A stretch of DNA of 64,000 bases from Blastocladiella emersonii ATCC 22665 (taxonomy: Eukaryota > Fungi > Blastocladiomycota). Shown in pieces: positions 12,252-25,291 of this stretch (positions are counted from its first letter, which is position 1; each line of letters opens with the position of its first letter). The stretch is taken from assembly GCA_025594325.1 (NCBI GenBank), contig JANHCV010000003.1, forward strand, positions 868,001 to 932,000, given 5' to 3'. The notes beneath the pieces were generated by a model. That model searched no databases. It worked only from the letters and a program-made list of their open reading frames with translations, and was not told the DNA's origin. A program made the translations under genes and the position numbers.

Positions 12252-13086
12252 TTTGTTTTGGTTGGACGGCGGTTATCACGATACGCTTGTTAATTGATTT
12301 CGCAGCCTGATCGATGCGTGCGAGAGGCCGGAGCGGACACCCTGCGAGACACCACGGGACATACAAACACGCGCGTGAGCGGTGCGAGACGCGCGAGAGG
12401 TGCGTGGCACGCGGTGCGAGACGCGCCTCGCGCTCGCGTGATATCGGCGTGACGCGGCCTGTGGCGCGCGTTCGTCTTTTCTTTCCCCCCTTTGCTTCTT
12501 GCGCCGAGAGGCGCTCTCCGTGCGCGCTCGCGCCGCGCCATCCCTCTTCCTGCCTCACTTCGTGGGAGACGACGACCACCTCGAAGACCAAGACGACGAC
12601 GACCACGGCGACGGCCCGCTCGGTGCTCGACACGCGCCTCGCCCAACCCATCCCATCCACGCGTGCTGCCCGCCTGCCCGCTCCGTGACCCGCCCTCCCC
12701 CCTTTCGGTCCCTCCGTCCGCTCGACTCGCTCGCTCGCTGGTCGTCGGGGTTCTCGGATCGTCGCTGCACTCGACCCCTCCTCGCCCAGCCCAGCGGACT
12801 GCGTGCACGCACCGCCCACCGCCACACACGCGCACGCGCCTCGCTCGCACGCGTCGGGTCTCCCTCTTCACCTCACGCGCTCTGCCCCCGCGGCTCTCCT
12901 CTCCCCCGGCGGATTGACTGGTCGCTGAACGCATCGTATGGATCTACTACTTGCTGCACCGTGGAGGATCCATCCATTCACGCGCGTGGATGGGCCCTCC
13001 TCTGGCTCGCCGTTCCCCACTCGCTCGCTGACACTCTCCCCGCCCGCGCGCGCGCTTTCCAGACCATCCTCCTCGCCGCCGCCACC

Positions 13087-15022
13087 ATGGCGACCCCGAC
13101 CATCAACCTGCCCGACTTCACGGTCCATGTCGCCGACACGGGCGAGAAGTTTTCCACGCGCGAGCGTGTCATCAAGGGTACGCCTGCCTGCTCACGGCCT
13201 TCTTGGCGCTCGTCGCCGCCGCCATCCTCCTGACCCCACCCACCCGCAATGTCTAGACACGCCGCCGCCCGTGACGACCAAGCCGACCAACGAGCAGTTC
13301 TTCAGCAAAAAGGACCCGACCAAGCCCGACATCGAGTTCCTGCGCAACCACTTCTACCACGAGGGCCGCCTCACCGAGGAGCAGGCCCTGTACATTCTGA
13401 CCAAGGGCGCCGAGGTGCTGCGCGCCGAGCCCAACCTGCTCGAGGTGGACGCGCCCATCACGGTCTGCGGCGACATCCACGGCCAGTACTACGACCTGAT
13501 GAAGCTGTTCGAGGTGGGCGGCGACCCGGCCCACACCAAGTACCTGTTCCTCGGCGACTACGTGGACCGCGGTTACTTCTCGATCGAGTGCGTGCTGTAC
13601 CTGTGGTCGCTCAAGCTGTGGTACCCAAACTCGCTGTACCTGCTGCGCGGCAACCACGAGTGCCGCCACCTGACCGACTACTTCACCTTCAAGACCGAGT
13701 GCAAGCACAAGTACTCTGAGCGCGTCTACGAGGCGTGCCTCGAGTCCTTCTGCTGCCTGCCGCTCTCGGCCGTCATGAACAAGCAGTTCCTGTGCATCCA
13801 CGGCGGCATCTCGCCCGAGCTCGTGACCCTCGACGACCTGCGCAACATCAACCGGTTCCGCGAGCCGCCCACCCACGGCATCATGTGCGACCTGCTGTGG
13901 GCCGACCCGCTCGAGGATTTCGGCCAGGAAAAGTCCAACGAGTCGTTTGTCCACAACCACGTGCGCGGGTGCTCCTACTTCTACTCGTACCACGCGGCGT
14001 GCAACTTCCTCGAGAAGAACAACCTGCTGTCCATCATCCGCGCCCACGAGGCGCAGGACTCGGGGTACCGCATGTACAAGAAGACCAAGACCACGGGGTT
14101 CCCCTCGGTCATCACCATCTTCTCGGCGCCCAACTACCTCGACGTGTACAACAACAAGGCCGCGGTCCTCAAGTACGAGAACAACGTGATGAACATCCGC
14201 CAGTTCAACTGCACCCCGCACCCGTACTGGCTGCCCAACTTCATGGACGTGTTCACGTGGTCGCTCCCCTTTGTCGGCGAGAAGATCACGGACATGCTCG
14301 TCGCGGTCCTCAACGTGTGCACCAAGGAGGAGCTCGACGAGGGCCACGAGGGCATGGACGAGGAGCGCAAGGCCGCCATCAAGTCCAAGATCATGGCCGT
14401 CGGCCGCATGTCCAACATGTTCAAGCTGCTGCGCCAGGAGTCCGAGGCCATCAACGAGCTCAAGGGCATGCTCGGTACCGACGTGCTGCCGCGCGGCTAC
14501 CTCGCCCTCGGCTCCGAGGGCATCAAGAACGCCATCACCAACTTTGACGAGGCGCGCAACATTGACCAGATGAACGAGCGCCTCCCGCCCACCATGATGG
14601 AGGCCGCGGCCGGCGGCGCCGGCGGCGCTCCGCCGTCCCGCTACTCGTCCCGCGGCGCGTCCATGGACGGGAACGGACCCTCCATGGCCGCCATCGCCGC
14701 CGCCGCGTCCAGCTCGTCGGTCGCGTCCGCGGCCTCGGCCTCGTCGGCCGCCTCGGCGCCCGCCGCCGCGACTTCGAGTTCCAACGGCGCCGGCTCCGCG
14801 TCCCCGGCCGCGCGGCCAAAGACCCCCGACAGCCCATCCAAGACGGCGGCCAAGCCGGCGACGGCGGGTGGAAGCCCCGGGTCTGCCGCCAGCGCGACCA
14901 AGGCCGACGCGGCGTCTCTCGGCGCTGGCGCCAAGGACGAGGCCGCCGGAAAGAAGTCGGCGCCCGCGTCGCCCAACACCCAGAAGCGCAGTATCTTCAG
15001 CAAGCTCAAGGACAAGAAGTAG
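13087..15022 (+). CDS. CNA1: Calcineurin catalytic subunit A (PP2B)
   Basis: [30 protein letters not shown], CnB-binding [15 protein letters not shown], CaM-binding helix [11 protein letters not shown], and autoinhibitory [16 protein letters not shown]. One intron near 13178-13257. Confidence 0.97.
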
Positions 15023-15295
15023 GTGGTGGCTCGCGCGGCGGCGGTTTGGTGGTCGCGTCGTTGTTGTTGTTGTGTCGGGCTGGCGGAGGGAGGCTGGCTC
15101 TCGTTATTTACTACACTTTTCTTCGTATGTGCGATCGATGGACTGGGTGAGAGGGGCGAGACGCGTCGCTAAGGAGACGCGGGTCCCACGTGCGCTTGAC
15201 CCGCGCGCGGCGGCCTCCTTGCGCCGCGCCGATCCCACGCTCTCTCTCTCCAACTGCACCCACTCTCAAGGCTTTCATGTAACTCTGACCCTGAA

Positions 15296-15972
15296 ATGCT
15301 ATCCTCATCAACCCCCAACGGCCACCCGTCAACCCCCTCCTCCGCGACCCCCGGCGACTCCTCCGCGCGCCCGACGGCGTCCTTCCTCGGCGGCCTCGAC
15401 AACAAAAAAGTCCTCCTCGCGGGCTCCTCGCGCGCGGGCAAGTCGTGCCTGGTGCACCGGTACATGACGGACGCGTACCCGAGCGACGCCAACGGCGCCG
15501 TCGTGTACCGGCAGACGCTGGGCGCGGACCTCGCCGTCAAGTACGTGGTCGAGGGCGAGCACCGCGTCGCGCTGAGTCTGTGGTGTCTCGCGGGCCACCC
15601 GCGGTACCGCGCGTCGCTCGTGCAGTTCTTTACCGACGATGTCGCCGTGGTGCTGGTGGCGGTGGACCTGCTACACCCGCGGTCGCTGGATGAGGCGGCC
15701 GAGTGGGTTGCGCAGGCTAAGGAGTACGTTCCGCTGCCGGCTCTGATACGCGCGCAGCTGACCGACCCGCATACAGAATGTGCCCGACGGCGCTCATCTA
15801 CCTGTGCGGGACGAAAGCCGACGAGGTGGACAAGATCGTGTACAAGATGCCGGACCTGACGCGGGCCGCGCGCGACGCGGGCGCCGTGGCGTTCAAGACC
15901 ACGAGCGCCAAGACGGGCGCGGGGATCCGCGAGCTGTTCGAGGAGGTGTGCGTCAAGCTGCGGGATCTCTGA
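15296..15972 (+). CDS. Atypical Rab-like small GTPase
   Basis: P-loop GSSRAGKS, G2 YRQTLG, altered G3 WCLAGH, G4 GTKAD, G5 TSAK. One intron (GTACGT...CATACAG); no C-terminal Cys. Confidence 0.72.
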
Positions 15973-16032
15973 TGATAGTAGTTTTACACAATGTTTCCCC
16001 ATTCTACTCTCTCTCTCCCGCGCGCCTCGCCG

Positions 16033-18944
16033 TTACGCGAGCATCGACGCCGACGTGCTCGCCGTCCGGCTCCGCAGGTGGTCTGGAATCGACGTCGCGT
16101 CGCCGGACCCGGAACCGGACCCCGAAACCGACAGGAACGACTCGACGTCGCCAGCGAGGACTGCAGCCGCGGCGCCGCCGCCCGTCCCGCTCGCCGGCCG
16201 CTGCCACACGAGCACGCGCCCGCGCTTCTCGCCCACGACCACGGCGTCGGGCGAAAAGGCAAGCGACCACAGCGGGAGACGCGAGATGGTCTCGATCTAC
16301 ACTCGCGAAGAATGAGGTGAGCGTGCGGGTTTCCGGGTCCATGCACGAAACCAAGCAAGCGTACCATGATCGGCTCGAACGTCGGCACCTCCGCCGCGTG
16401 GACCGACGGATGGACGACATGTTCCCTCGCCGCCCCATTCCGCACCGGCGGTGGCGGCGGCTGCATCGTGGACCCGCCCGACATGGCGCGGTGGCGGAGC
16501 GACCCGTTGAACGACATGCCGCGTGCGGCGGCGGGCGGGCGGCTCATGCGGGCGTGGTTCTTGACGGGAAAGTCCCAGAACAGCAGCTTGCCGTCCTGCC
16601 CGACGCTGCCGATGCGGTGGTTTTGCGAGTCGCACCGCCACGCGTCGAAGGCGATCTGCGACACCCACGACGTGTGGCCGCGCAGGCGCGCGAGCAGGCG
16701 GCGGTCGCGGTGTGACCACACGGAGATCAGGTCGTCTTGGCCGCCCGTCTACGTTCACGAACGAGTTGTTAGGAGTGCTCGCCTCGTGAAGGTTGCGAGA
16801 AAGCGTACCAGGATGAGCTTGCCGTCGATACTGAACGTGACGCACAGCAGGCCGCCGAAGAACGACTCGTACGTGTCGGTGATGCGCTCCTCGTGGTAGT
16901 TGATGACGCGGAGGCACCCGTCGAGACCGACGACCGCGAGGTGCGCGCCGTCGGGCGAGAAGGCCATGTCGGTGACGGCCTTGCCCGCGCCGTGGACAAA
17001 CTTGCCCATGCGCCACACGCTCAGCGGGTTGTGCTTGTGGCCCTTGCGCGGCTTGATCACCTCGAACCCGTCCATGTCGCGCTGCTCGAGGAGCTCCTCG
17101 TCGGCATGGAGTGCTGAGGAGGTGAAGGTGGAGCTGGCCGAGGTGCCCGACTTGTCCTTCTCCTTTTCCATCTCGCGGTCCTCGCGGTCCTTGTCGAGCA
17201 GCAGGATCGTGCCGTCGGCAAACGACGCCAGGAACTGCGACTCGGACCCGGGCACCCACACGACCTGCGTCACGGGCTTGTTGTGCAGCGTGCCCTGTTC
17301 GGTAGCGAGTGCGAAGTGAGCGAGAGATACATCAGGAGCGACGCAGGGCAACACGTACAAACTTGTTGATGCGGTTGTACCGGTGGTGCATGGTCTCGTA
17401 CCACATGAGGTCGCCACTTGAGAACCCGACAATCACGTCCATGCGCTCCGTTGACACGGTCGCCGGGTTGACGGCGATGCACGTCGGGATCGCGCGGATG
17501 AAGTGCAGCCGCGAGAAGATGATCTACACTCGAGGGATTCGCGTCAGTGTCGGTCGAGTCCACACCGAGAGACTGGAGCGAGCCCGGAGCCGAGCCGTAC
17601 CTTGCGGTCCTGCTCGTCGAGCCACACGATACTCTTGCCGAGGTTCATGACGAGCCACGAGTGCGGGTGCTGCTGCTGGTGCGCGAACCCGGCGGCGGGC
17701 CCGCCCGCGGCATGGTCGAACGCTGCGTGCGGAAGCGAGGGCAGCGGCACAGTCGGCTGCTGCTGCGGTGGCGCGGATGATAAAGACGAGGAGAACAAAC
17801 TGGCAGTCGAGCTAAGGATCCCCGCCGACGACAAAGAAGACGACGAGGTTGGCGCGACGACCTGGTGCGCGCCGTCCTTATCCTTCTCCTTATCCTTGCC
17901 GTTGCCCGACTTGGAGTTGCTGCGCGAGAAGAAATTGCGCTTGCCCTTGAGCAGCCCGCTCATGGGGTTGCTCGACGACGACGAGGACGAGGACGACGCG
18001 TCCTTGGCATCGCTGCCGCCGCCGTTCTTGCCGTGAGGCGGCGAAGCGCCATTGAGCAGCGACACGGTGGCGGGGGCCGAGGGCGACGCGTCAGAGGCGA
18101 GCTGCGAGCCTGACGACACGCTCGCGCCCGACGGCGTCACGGCGCCGGAGCCCGGCTGGCTCGCGCCGTGGGGATCGGTGGCGGCGGCGGTGCCGTTCGA
18201 CGCGGACCCGTTGGTCGCCACGGCGGTGCTGCCGGACGTGAGCGCCGACATGGGCGTGCTGTCGCCGATCATGTACACGACCTCGCGCGCGGCGGCGTGG
18301 GTGCGGTCGCGGACCACGTCGGCGAGGTTCTCGAGGGTCGCGAGCCGCGCAATGAACGTCGAGTTGCTCTTGCCGACCATGGACTTGGCGCGCTGGCGGC
18401 GGTGTCCGCCAAACAGACCGCCGAGCCGGTTGCCGCCCGAACTGCTGTTGCCGCTGGTGAGCGGGTTGGCGCCGTCGGGCACCGCGGGCGGCGTGAGCGG
18501 GACGCCCGCGTAGTCGATGAACCCGGACGACGCCTTGCGGATCGGGACCGGGTCCGTGCCGGTCCCGGTACCCGGCACGACGTGCGGAACCGACGCCGTG
18601 CGCGTCAGGCTCGCGAAGCTCGAAGATTGCGTCGCGCCAATCGCGCGCGGCAGGGTCCCACCACCGCCTCCGCCGACGAGCGGGACGGCGTTGGCGTGGA
18701 CCACGACCGAGATGCGCACGGGCGTGTCGCGGTCGGCGGGGGCGAGCGGCGCGTAGGCGCGCGTGTCGACGTTGATGGTCTCGGCGAGAGTGTAGACGCC
18801 CTCGGGCGCGGTCACGGCGGTGGTGACGACCGGCGGGGGTTCGGCCAGCGCCACGGCGGCGGCCTGCGCGGCCTTGGCGGCGGCGAGCGCGCCCGTCGGC
18901 GGCGCGTACCGCGAGTAGTCGGTGCCGGCGATGGCCCAACTCAT
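16033..18944 (-). CDS. WD40-repeat protein, CreC/WDR20/DMWD family, with a long low-complexity N-terminal region
   Basis: HNPLSVWRM, AFSPDGAHLAVVGLDGCLRV, SFFGGLLCVTFSIDGKLIL, GHTSWVSQIAFD, RIGSVGQDGKLLFWDF. Multi-exon. Confidence 0.85.
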
Positions 18945-19400
18945 GGCTGGTTGGTTGAGGGTTGGAGGGGGTGCGCCGCGATGCGATGGAGCGAGGGTGG
19001 CGGTCGGATGGTCGGTCGGATGCCTGTTGCGGCAGGAAGGTTATGCGCGCAGTGTTAGGTTCAGTTGCATGGGATGATCGCTTGCATCAGCGTCAGCGGG
19101 CGGGAGAGCAGCGCCGAGGCCCGGCCGCCAAGTGTGAAGAGAGCGGACGGAAGGCGGCGCGTGGCGTGGCGTTCGCTCGGCCGAGGCAAGCCACGCGACC
19201 CACGACGCGTCGCTCGGCTGTTTCGGTCCCGCAGCGACCTCACGCGGCGACCTGATCCGACTCGCCTCTTGCAGCGACGGTATGGATACGTAATGCACAT
19301 GTAATCATCAAATGGGAGGGGGATCACGCAAACACGCAAAATGGAAGGGGGAGGGAAGGGGCGGTTAGCCGCGCTGCAGGCGACGACACGCGAGCGCCGC

Positions 19401-20354
19401 TTACTGGGCCTTGGTGGCCTTGGCCTTGGCCAGCTCGGCGCGGCGGGCGGCGTCGCGCTTGCGGTCCTGGCGGTAGAAGTTGCCGAACAGGGCGAGCATC
19501 GTGACCATGTAGCCCCACAGGAGGACCGAGAGGGCGAGCGGGTACGGCTTCACGTCGGCCGTGACCTTGGCGGGGAACAGGTATCCCTGCGCGATGTTGT
19601 ACGTGGCCTGGACCATCATGCACATGAACTGCGTCATCTGCATGCTCGTAATGTACTTCTTGAGCAGCGACACCTGCTTGAACCCGAGCGCCGTGGCCCC
19701 GTAGTACCCGTACATGACGACATGGATGAAGCTGTTGAGCATGGCCGAAAAGTACGACTCGCCCGTCGGCGCCCACAGCGTCACGAGCCACCAGATGGCG
19801 AAGATGGTCGAGTGGTGGTAGACGTGCAGGAACGACACCTGGTGCAGGTTGCGCTTGCCGAGCATGATGAGCGTGTCGTTGAACTCGAGGATCTTGGACA
19901 GGTAGAAGACGCAGACGATCTTGGCCATGGCGGTGCCGCCCTGCTCGGGCGTCTTGAGCGAGTTGCCAAACAGCGAGTAGCTGCCGAGGTACGCCTGGCG
20001 CAGCACCTCGACGCACATGAACGCCGACAGCGACGTCAGGATGATGTTGTGGACCAGCGCGTACGTCTTGAGCGTGAACTTGGTCTGCGACCGCGACATG
20101 ACCGCCTTGCCGCCGACCACCATGGCCAGGTACGCAGCCACGAGCACCAGCATGTGCGCCGGGTTCATGAACGGCAGCTGGTCCGCGTACGGCGACCGGA
20201 TCTCGCCCAGGAACGACGTCACGGTGCGCGTCGCCTCGGGGAACTGCTGCGCCGCGAACTCGTACGCCAGCTGCTCGTACGGCGCCGTGATGGGCGCAAT
20301 CTGCTTCTCGAGGGCAAAGAAGCCCGCGAGGATCTGGTCGGTGATGGCCTCCAT
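19401..20354 (-). CDS. ELO-family fatty acid elongase, delta-6 PUFA (GLELO-like), intronless
   Basis: SKILEFNDT, FLHVYHHSTIF, FSAMLNSFIHVVMYGYY, TSMQMTQF, LFGNFY, and a Lys-rich ER-retention tail. Overall pattern close to Mortierella GLELO as recalled. Confidence 0.93.
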   Translation of the reverse strand: MEAITDQILAGFFALEKQIAPITAPYEQLAYEFAAQQFPEATRTVTSFLGEIRSPYADQLPFMNPAHMLVLVAAYLAMVVGGKAVMSRSQTKFTLKTYALVHNIILTSLSAFMCVEVLRQAYLGSYSLFGNSLKTPEQGGTAMAKIVCVFYLSKILEFNDTLIMLGKRNLHQVSFLHVYHHSTIFAIWWLVTLWAPTGESYFSAMLNSFIHVVMYGYYGATALGFKQVSLLKKYITSMQMTQFMCMMVQATYNIAQGYLFPAKVTADVKPYPLALSVLLWGYMVTMLALFGNFYRQDRKRDAARRAELAKAKATKAQ

Positions 20355-21412
20355 GCTGTGCAAATCAACTGTGCGGCTAACTGCTCACGATCAAGGTCAT
20401 GGTGAGCGTCTGATCGACGAGAGTGATCCATGGGCGGGCCGAGCGCATACCGCGAGGTCCAAAAACTGGCTTGCAAGAGACGAGAGCGGCGGATCAAGAC
20501 GGGCCTTGGATGCCTGATGCTCAGGCCGCGGCTGGCTGGCGGGAGCGGGGACGGGCAGCGCGGCCTGGCCGGCAGCCAGCCAGCCAGCCCAGACGAGGGC
20601 CGTCGCCGCCGACGCCGCCGCCGCCGCCATGCTGAAATCAAGCGGGTTTTCGCTGGTTTTCGCGTTTCCCACGGAAGACCGGAACGGCGAGCGAAACCTG
20701 CAGTTTTCGCTCATGGCCGTGATGGCCGTGATGGCCAGTTGGGGTCGCGCGTTGGGGCGCCCCTTGAACTGATGGGGCGCGTCGCGCGCCTGCCACTCCA
20801 ATCGCCCCGCATGCAGGCAATCGAGATGTCTCGCATGCACATGCGTAACACACGTGACCTGGAATCTCCCGGCTCCGTTCCGAGGGCCGCGAGACACGAG
20901 CGGGGGACGCATCACGCCATCGCGACGCGACGTGGGTGATGCGACTCCTGATCGCGTTATATCCCACCATCATCGGCCGCGGCCACGCCGTGTCCGCGAC
21001 CCACCGGGTTCCCAGGACTCCCCACGTTCTCGGCGCGACGATGGTCGGCAAGCACGTTCGACCGTGGCCGAGTGAGGGAGCGACTCGGCCACCACGCCGC
21101 GAGCTCGCACTCTTGCGTGCTGCGGCCACTGCTGCGGCGCGGGCAAGGTGCGGGGAAGCTCGGCCCGACGCGGTGGCGCCAGTCGGCGAGTGGCCACCGC
21201 GGGAAACGTGGCCGAGGGGTCATCGATGGGCAAACCACCGCGGGCAAGGGCGAGACGAGGCGAGGCAGCGAGCATCGCCGGCGCGGGCGTGGGCGCTTGC
21301 TTGGCCTTGGGCGTCGCCGCGCCTAAAGATGTCCGTCCCCGCCGTTGCCTGAAACCGGTCATACGCTCTCCTCCCCGACCTCCACTCCTCAACTCGCACA
21401 ACAACACGCACC

Positions 21413-24400
21413 ATGTCCAGCGCGTCGTCGCTGCCGGGCTCGGAATCGGGCTCCTTGCCACCACAGCCACCGTCGCCATCCATGGCCGCCGTCGCGGCCG
21501 CGGGGGAGGCCGAGGCGGGCCGTCCAGGGACCGCGTCGCCGCCTTCCTCTCCGGCGCCGCGGGACCCAGACTCTACCAGCGCGGGAGCACCCCATGACCG
21601 CGTGCATCGTAACGGGCCCACGCGGGCCTCGCCGCCGCCACCGCCGCCACTCTCGCCCGCTTCGGGAAGCTCGTCATTGATTGTGCAACGGCACGCTGCA
21701 GCTGGCGCGGCCCCGGTCCCGGCCGACGCCGTCGCCGCGGCGGCGACCCAACAGGGACGGGGACCGCCCTCGCTGGTGATCCGCACCACCGACCTCGACC
21801 CGCCACCACCCGCGGCGGCTTCGTCGACGTCCTCGTCGTCGGGGGGATCCGCCTCGTCCTCGCTCGCCTCGTCCCCAACCGACGCCAGCTCGGCCAAGAG
21901 CTCCGCGCCGACCTCGGCCCATCCTCTCATCCCGCCATCTGCACCGAGTGCTGCCTCGTCGTCGTCATCATCGAGCTCCTCCTCGTCGCAGCGCACGAAA
22001 GCCTCGTCCTCGTCCTCTTCCACCTCTGCTCAGGGATTGACGACCGTCGTCCGACACAAACCCGTCCGCCCACCACCATCCTCCAAGGCAACCGCGCCTC
22101 GCCCCTCCTTCGACTCCCATACCCTCCCGTCGCCAGCATCCCGCACCGGCGCCTTCTCGACGCGCTCGCCCATGTCCATCTCCAGCGCACAGGCCATTGC
22201 GCGGCAGGACGAGGCGATCCTGCAGCTGCGCCGCTCGCTGTTCCTCGGCCTGCCGTCGGGCCCGCCGCCCGCCGTCCCTGCCTCGCCCGCAACGACTACC
22301 GCTGGCGGTACGCGGAGCGGTGCAGCCAGCGCACCGAGCTCGCCGCGTCTCCGCCCGCGCACCGGCCGTGACCGCGCGCAGAGCGAGTCGCGTCCCGTGA
22401 GCGCATACGCGCTGTCCGAGGCCGCGCTCGCGCCGTCGGGGCTCCCCGGCTGGGCGTCGCCGACGTCCACGTTCATCGAGGTCGACGACGACTTTTCCGC
22501 GCGATCCGTCGTCGCCGCCGCCGCCGCTGCGGCCGACGCGCACGGGATGCGGCCGAGCATGGACTCGCTCCGTTCCGCACACCACGCCCCACACGCGGCG
22601 GCCGTCGTCGCCCACTCGCGCGCCGCGTCGCGGCTCCCGTCGCGCAACCCGTCGCCCGAGGACTCGCCCGCGCTGCGGCCGTCGACGACGATCGACGTGG
22701 ACCTCGAGGTCGAGGACGAGGACGGGCTCCCGCCGCCGCTCCGCCGCTCGCTCACGGCGCAGCGCGTGCGTGGGAGCGCCGAGTCGTCGTTTGACGAGTC
22801 GATCGATGACGCGGCGTCGCACCACCACGTCCAGCTGCCCCCAATGACGCCCGAGGAGGCGGCGGCGGCGGCCGCGGCCGAGGCGTACGGGGTGTCGCTC
22901 CCGCCGGGCATGCTCGTGCGCAACCGCGGCACGTCCAGTCGCGCTGCCTCGTTCGCGCCCGCGATCCCGGCGTATTTCGACGTCAAGCGTCACTTTTTGG
23001 TCACGCTCGCCGAGGCTCTGGTACGTTCATTTTGCGTGTTACACGGTGTTGCCGCGACCGCGAGGTGGGGGGATGAACGGATGTTCGTCGCGTCGCGCGT
23101 CGCGTCACCGTGATGGCGCAACTGATCGCACCATCACACCAACTCACTTGACCCCCAAATCGCCATCGCGTAGATCAAGTTTGGAAGTCCGACGTACCGC
23201 ATGGAGTACCTGCTGCACGTCACGGCCGCGACGCTCAAGGTGTCCATCTCCGTATCGATGCTGCCCAATCTGCTGCTCATGACGTACGAGAACCCGACGG
23301 ACCGGTCCAAGGAGGCCATCGTGCTGACGGTTAAGCAGGGGTACGACCTCGACAAGCTGTTCAAGTCGAACCTGCTGTGCAAGTCGCTCGCCTCAAAGGA
23401 CCTGACCATCGAGGACGCGGTCGAGGACCTCGAGGACCTGATCGACGCGCCCGCGACGTGGAGCGGGCCCGCGTACGTGACGGCGTGCGTCGGGTGCTCG
23501 GCGTTCATTGCGCCGCTCGCCTTCAACGGGTCGCTCATCGACGCGGGCATCGCGGGCCTGCTCGGGTCCATTGTCGCCATGCTCGAGCTCGCGTCCGGCC
23601 GCGTCGAGTCGCTCAGCTACGTCTTCGAGATCCTCGCCGCGACGCTCGTCTCGATCCTCGCCGCCATGTTCAAGCTGCTCATCGAGGTGCCGATGCACGT
23701 CTCGATGGCCGAGCTCATGGCGGGCACGCCCGCCGATACCCTGACCGTCAAGTCGGTCGCTGCCGCCGCATCGGCGCCGGGTCTGTGCTACACGGGCGTG
23801 ACGCTGTCGACGCTGTTCGTGATCCTGCCCGGTCTCTCGATCGCCACGTCGTTTGTCGAGATCAACAGCCTCAACGTGATCAGCGGCACCGTGCGGCTCG
23901 CCGTCGGCCTCGTCAAGACGCTGACGCAGGCGTTCGGGATCATTCTCGGGTCGCGCGTCGCGCTGACCGCCGCCAACACGTGGTGGCCGAGCGAGTCGGC
24001 CGCCGTGTTCCAGGACAACCTCTTCGCGCCGTGCCCCGCGGCCACGTCCATGGCGGCCAACTCGAGCGTGTGGCTGTTCTTGCCCATGCTGTTCGTGTTC
24101 GCCATCGCGCAGGGCGTGCAGCTCCGCGCGTCGCCCGCGCAGTTCGGGATCATCACCGTCGCCGTGTTCACGGCCTTCTGGGCGTCGCGCGCGCTGTCGG
24201 GGCTCAACATCGGCGCCGAGCCAACCGCCGCCGTCACCGCGTTCCTCGTTGGCGTCGTCGGCAACGTGTACTCGCGCATCTCGCACAACCCGGGCATCGC
24301 GCCGATCCTCGCGGGTGTCCTGCTCCTGGTCCCCGGCGGTCTCGGTGTCCGCACCTCGCTGTCGCTCATCGCCGCGTTCCCGACCGACAAGCCGACCTCC

Positions 24401-25291
24401 GCGTTCGGCAACGGGTCCTCGGCCACCAGCGCGTCCGGCTCGCTCATGCTGCAGATGATGCTGATCGCCCTGTGCATCGCGCTCGGCGTCCTGTGCAGCC
24501 GCATCGTGCCGCCCGTCGAGACCCAGCTCAAGACGTCGCGCATCGTCGAGCTGCGCCGCAAGATTGCGCGCCGCGAGGCCGCCGCGGGGCGTGCAGAGCG
24601 CGCGTCCGCGTTCTCGGGCGAGATCAAGTCCATGTCGCCCGTCGTTTACCTCCGCCGATCCGTCCGCCGCCTCCGCGAGTGGGTCGAGACGAGCGTCGAC
24701 CGCGTGCGCGAGTCGCCCGACGCTAAGCCTAGCAGCAAGAAGCCGGTCTCGGCACGCGCGACGGGCCAGCCAGTCGTCGCGTCCCCGCGCCGGTCGTGGG
24801 ACCTCGAGTCCGAGTCGTCCGCGTCGGTCCCGCCCACCCCAGTCCTGCCCGCGACAGCCGCTCCCGCTTCTCCCGCTGTCGGTCGGCGTACGCCGCACAG
24901 CGCCGTCGCTGTCCCGACCTCGAGCCCCGTCGAGGTGGCCGTGGACATTGAGCTCGGCACGCCGCCACCAACACCCGGCGCGCTCCCCTCGCCCGACCTC
25001 GCGACGCCGCCCGTTGACGCGTCGCCCGAGGAGGTGCAAAAGTACCACCAGAAGCTGCGGCACTGGCTGCGGCGGTGGGAGACGCAGATCAACTCGGGGC
25101 GCACAGGGACCGCCGAGCGGTCCAAGGTCAAGAAGTGGCTCGTCCGGTACGAGAGCGTCAGCAACGTGCACGGCGCAGGCGGGTCGTCGGCGGCTGCAGC
25201 GAGCGCGGCGGCGGCTGCAGCGAGCGCGGCGGCGGCTGCAGCGAGCGCGGCGGCGGCTACAGCGGCTGCGTCGTCGGCGCGGCGCGCGTGA
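21413..25291 (+). CDS. PRM10-like / ThrE (DUF1212) multi-pass membrane protein with long disordered N- and C-termini
   Basis: FLVTLAEAL|IKFGSPTYRME, about 10 hydrophobic segments, LFVILPGLSI and ILAGVLLLVPGGLG motifs. Intron 23021-23173. Confidence 0.8.
25190..25264 (+). repeat. 21-bp coding minisatellite (3 perfect copies plus a partial) encoding AAASAAA
   Basis: GCGGCTGCAGCGAGCGCGGCG starts at 25190, 25211 and 25232. Confidence 0.9.
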
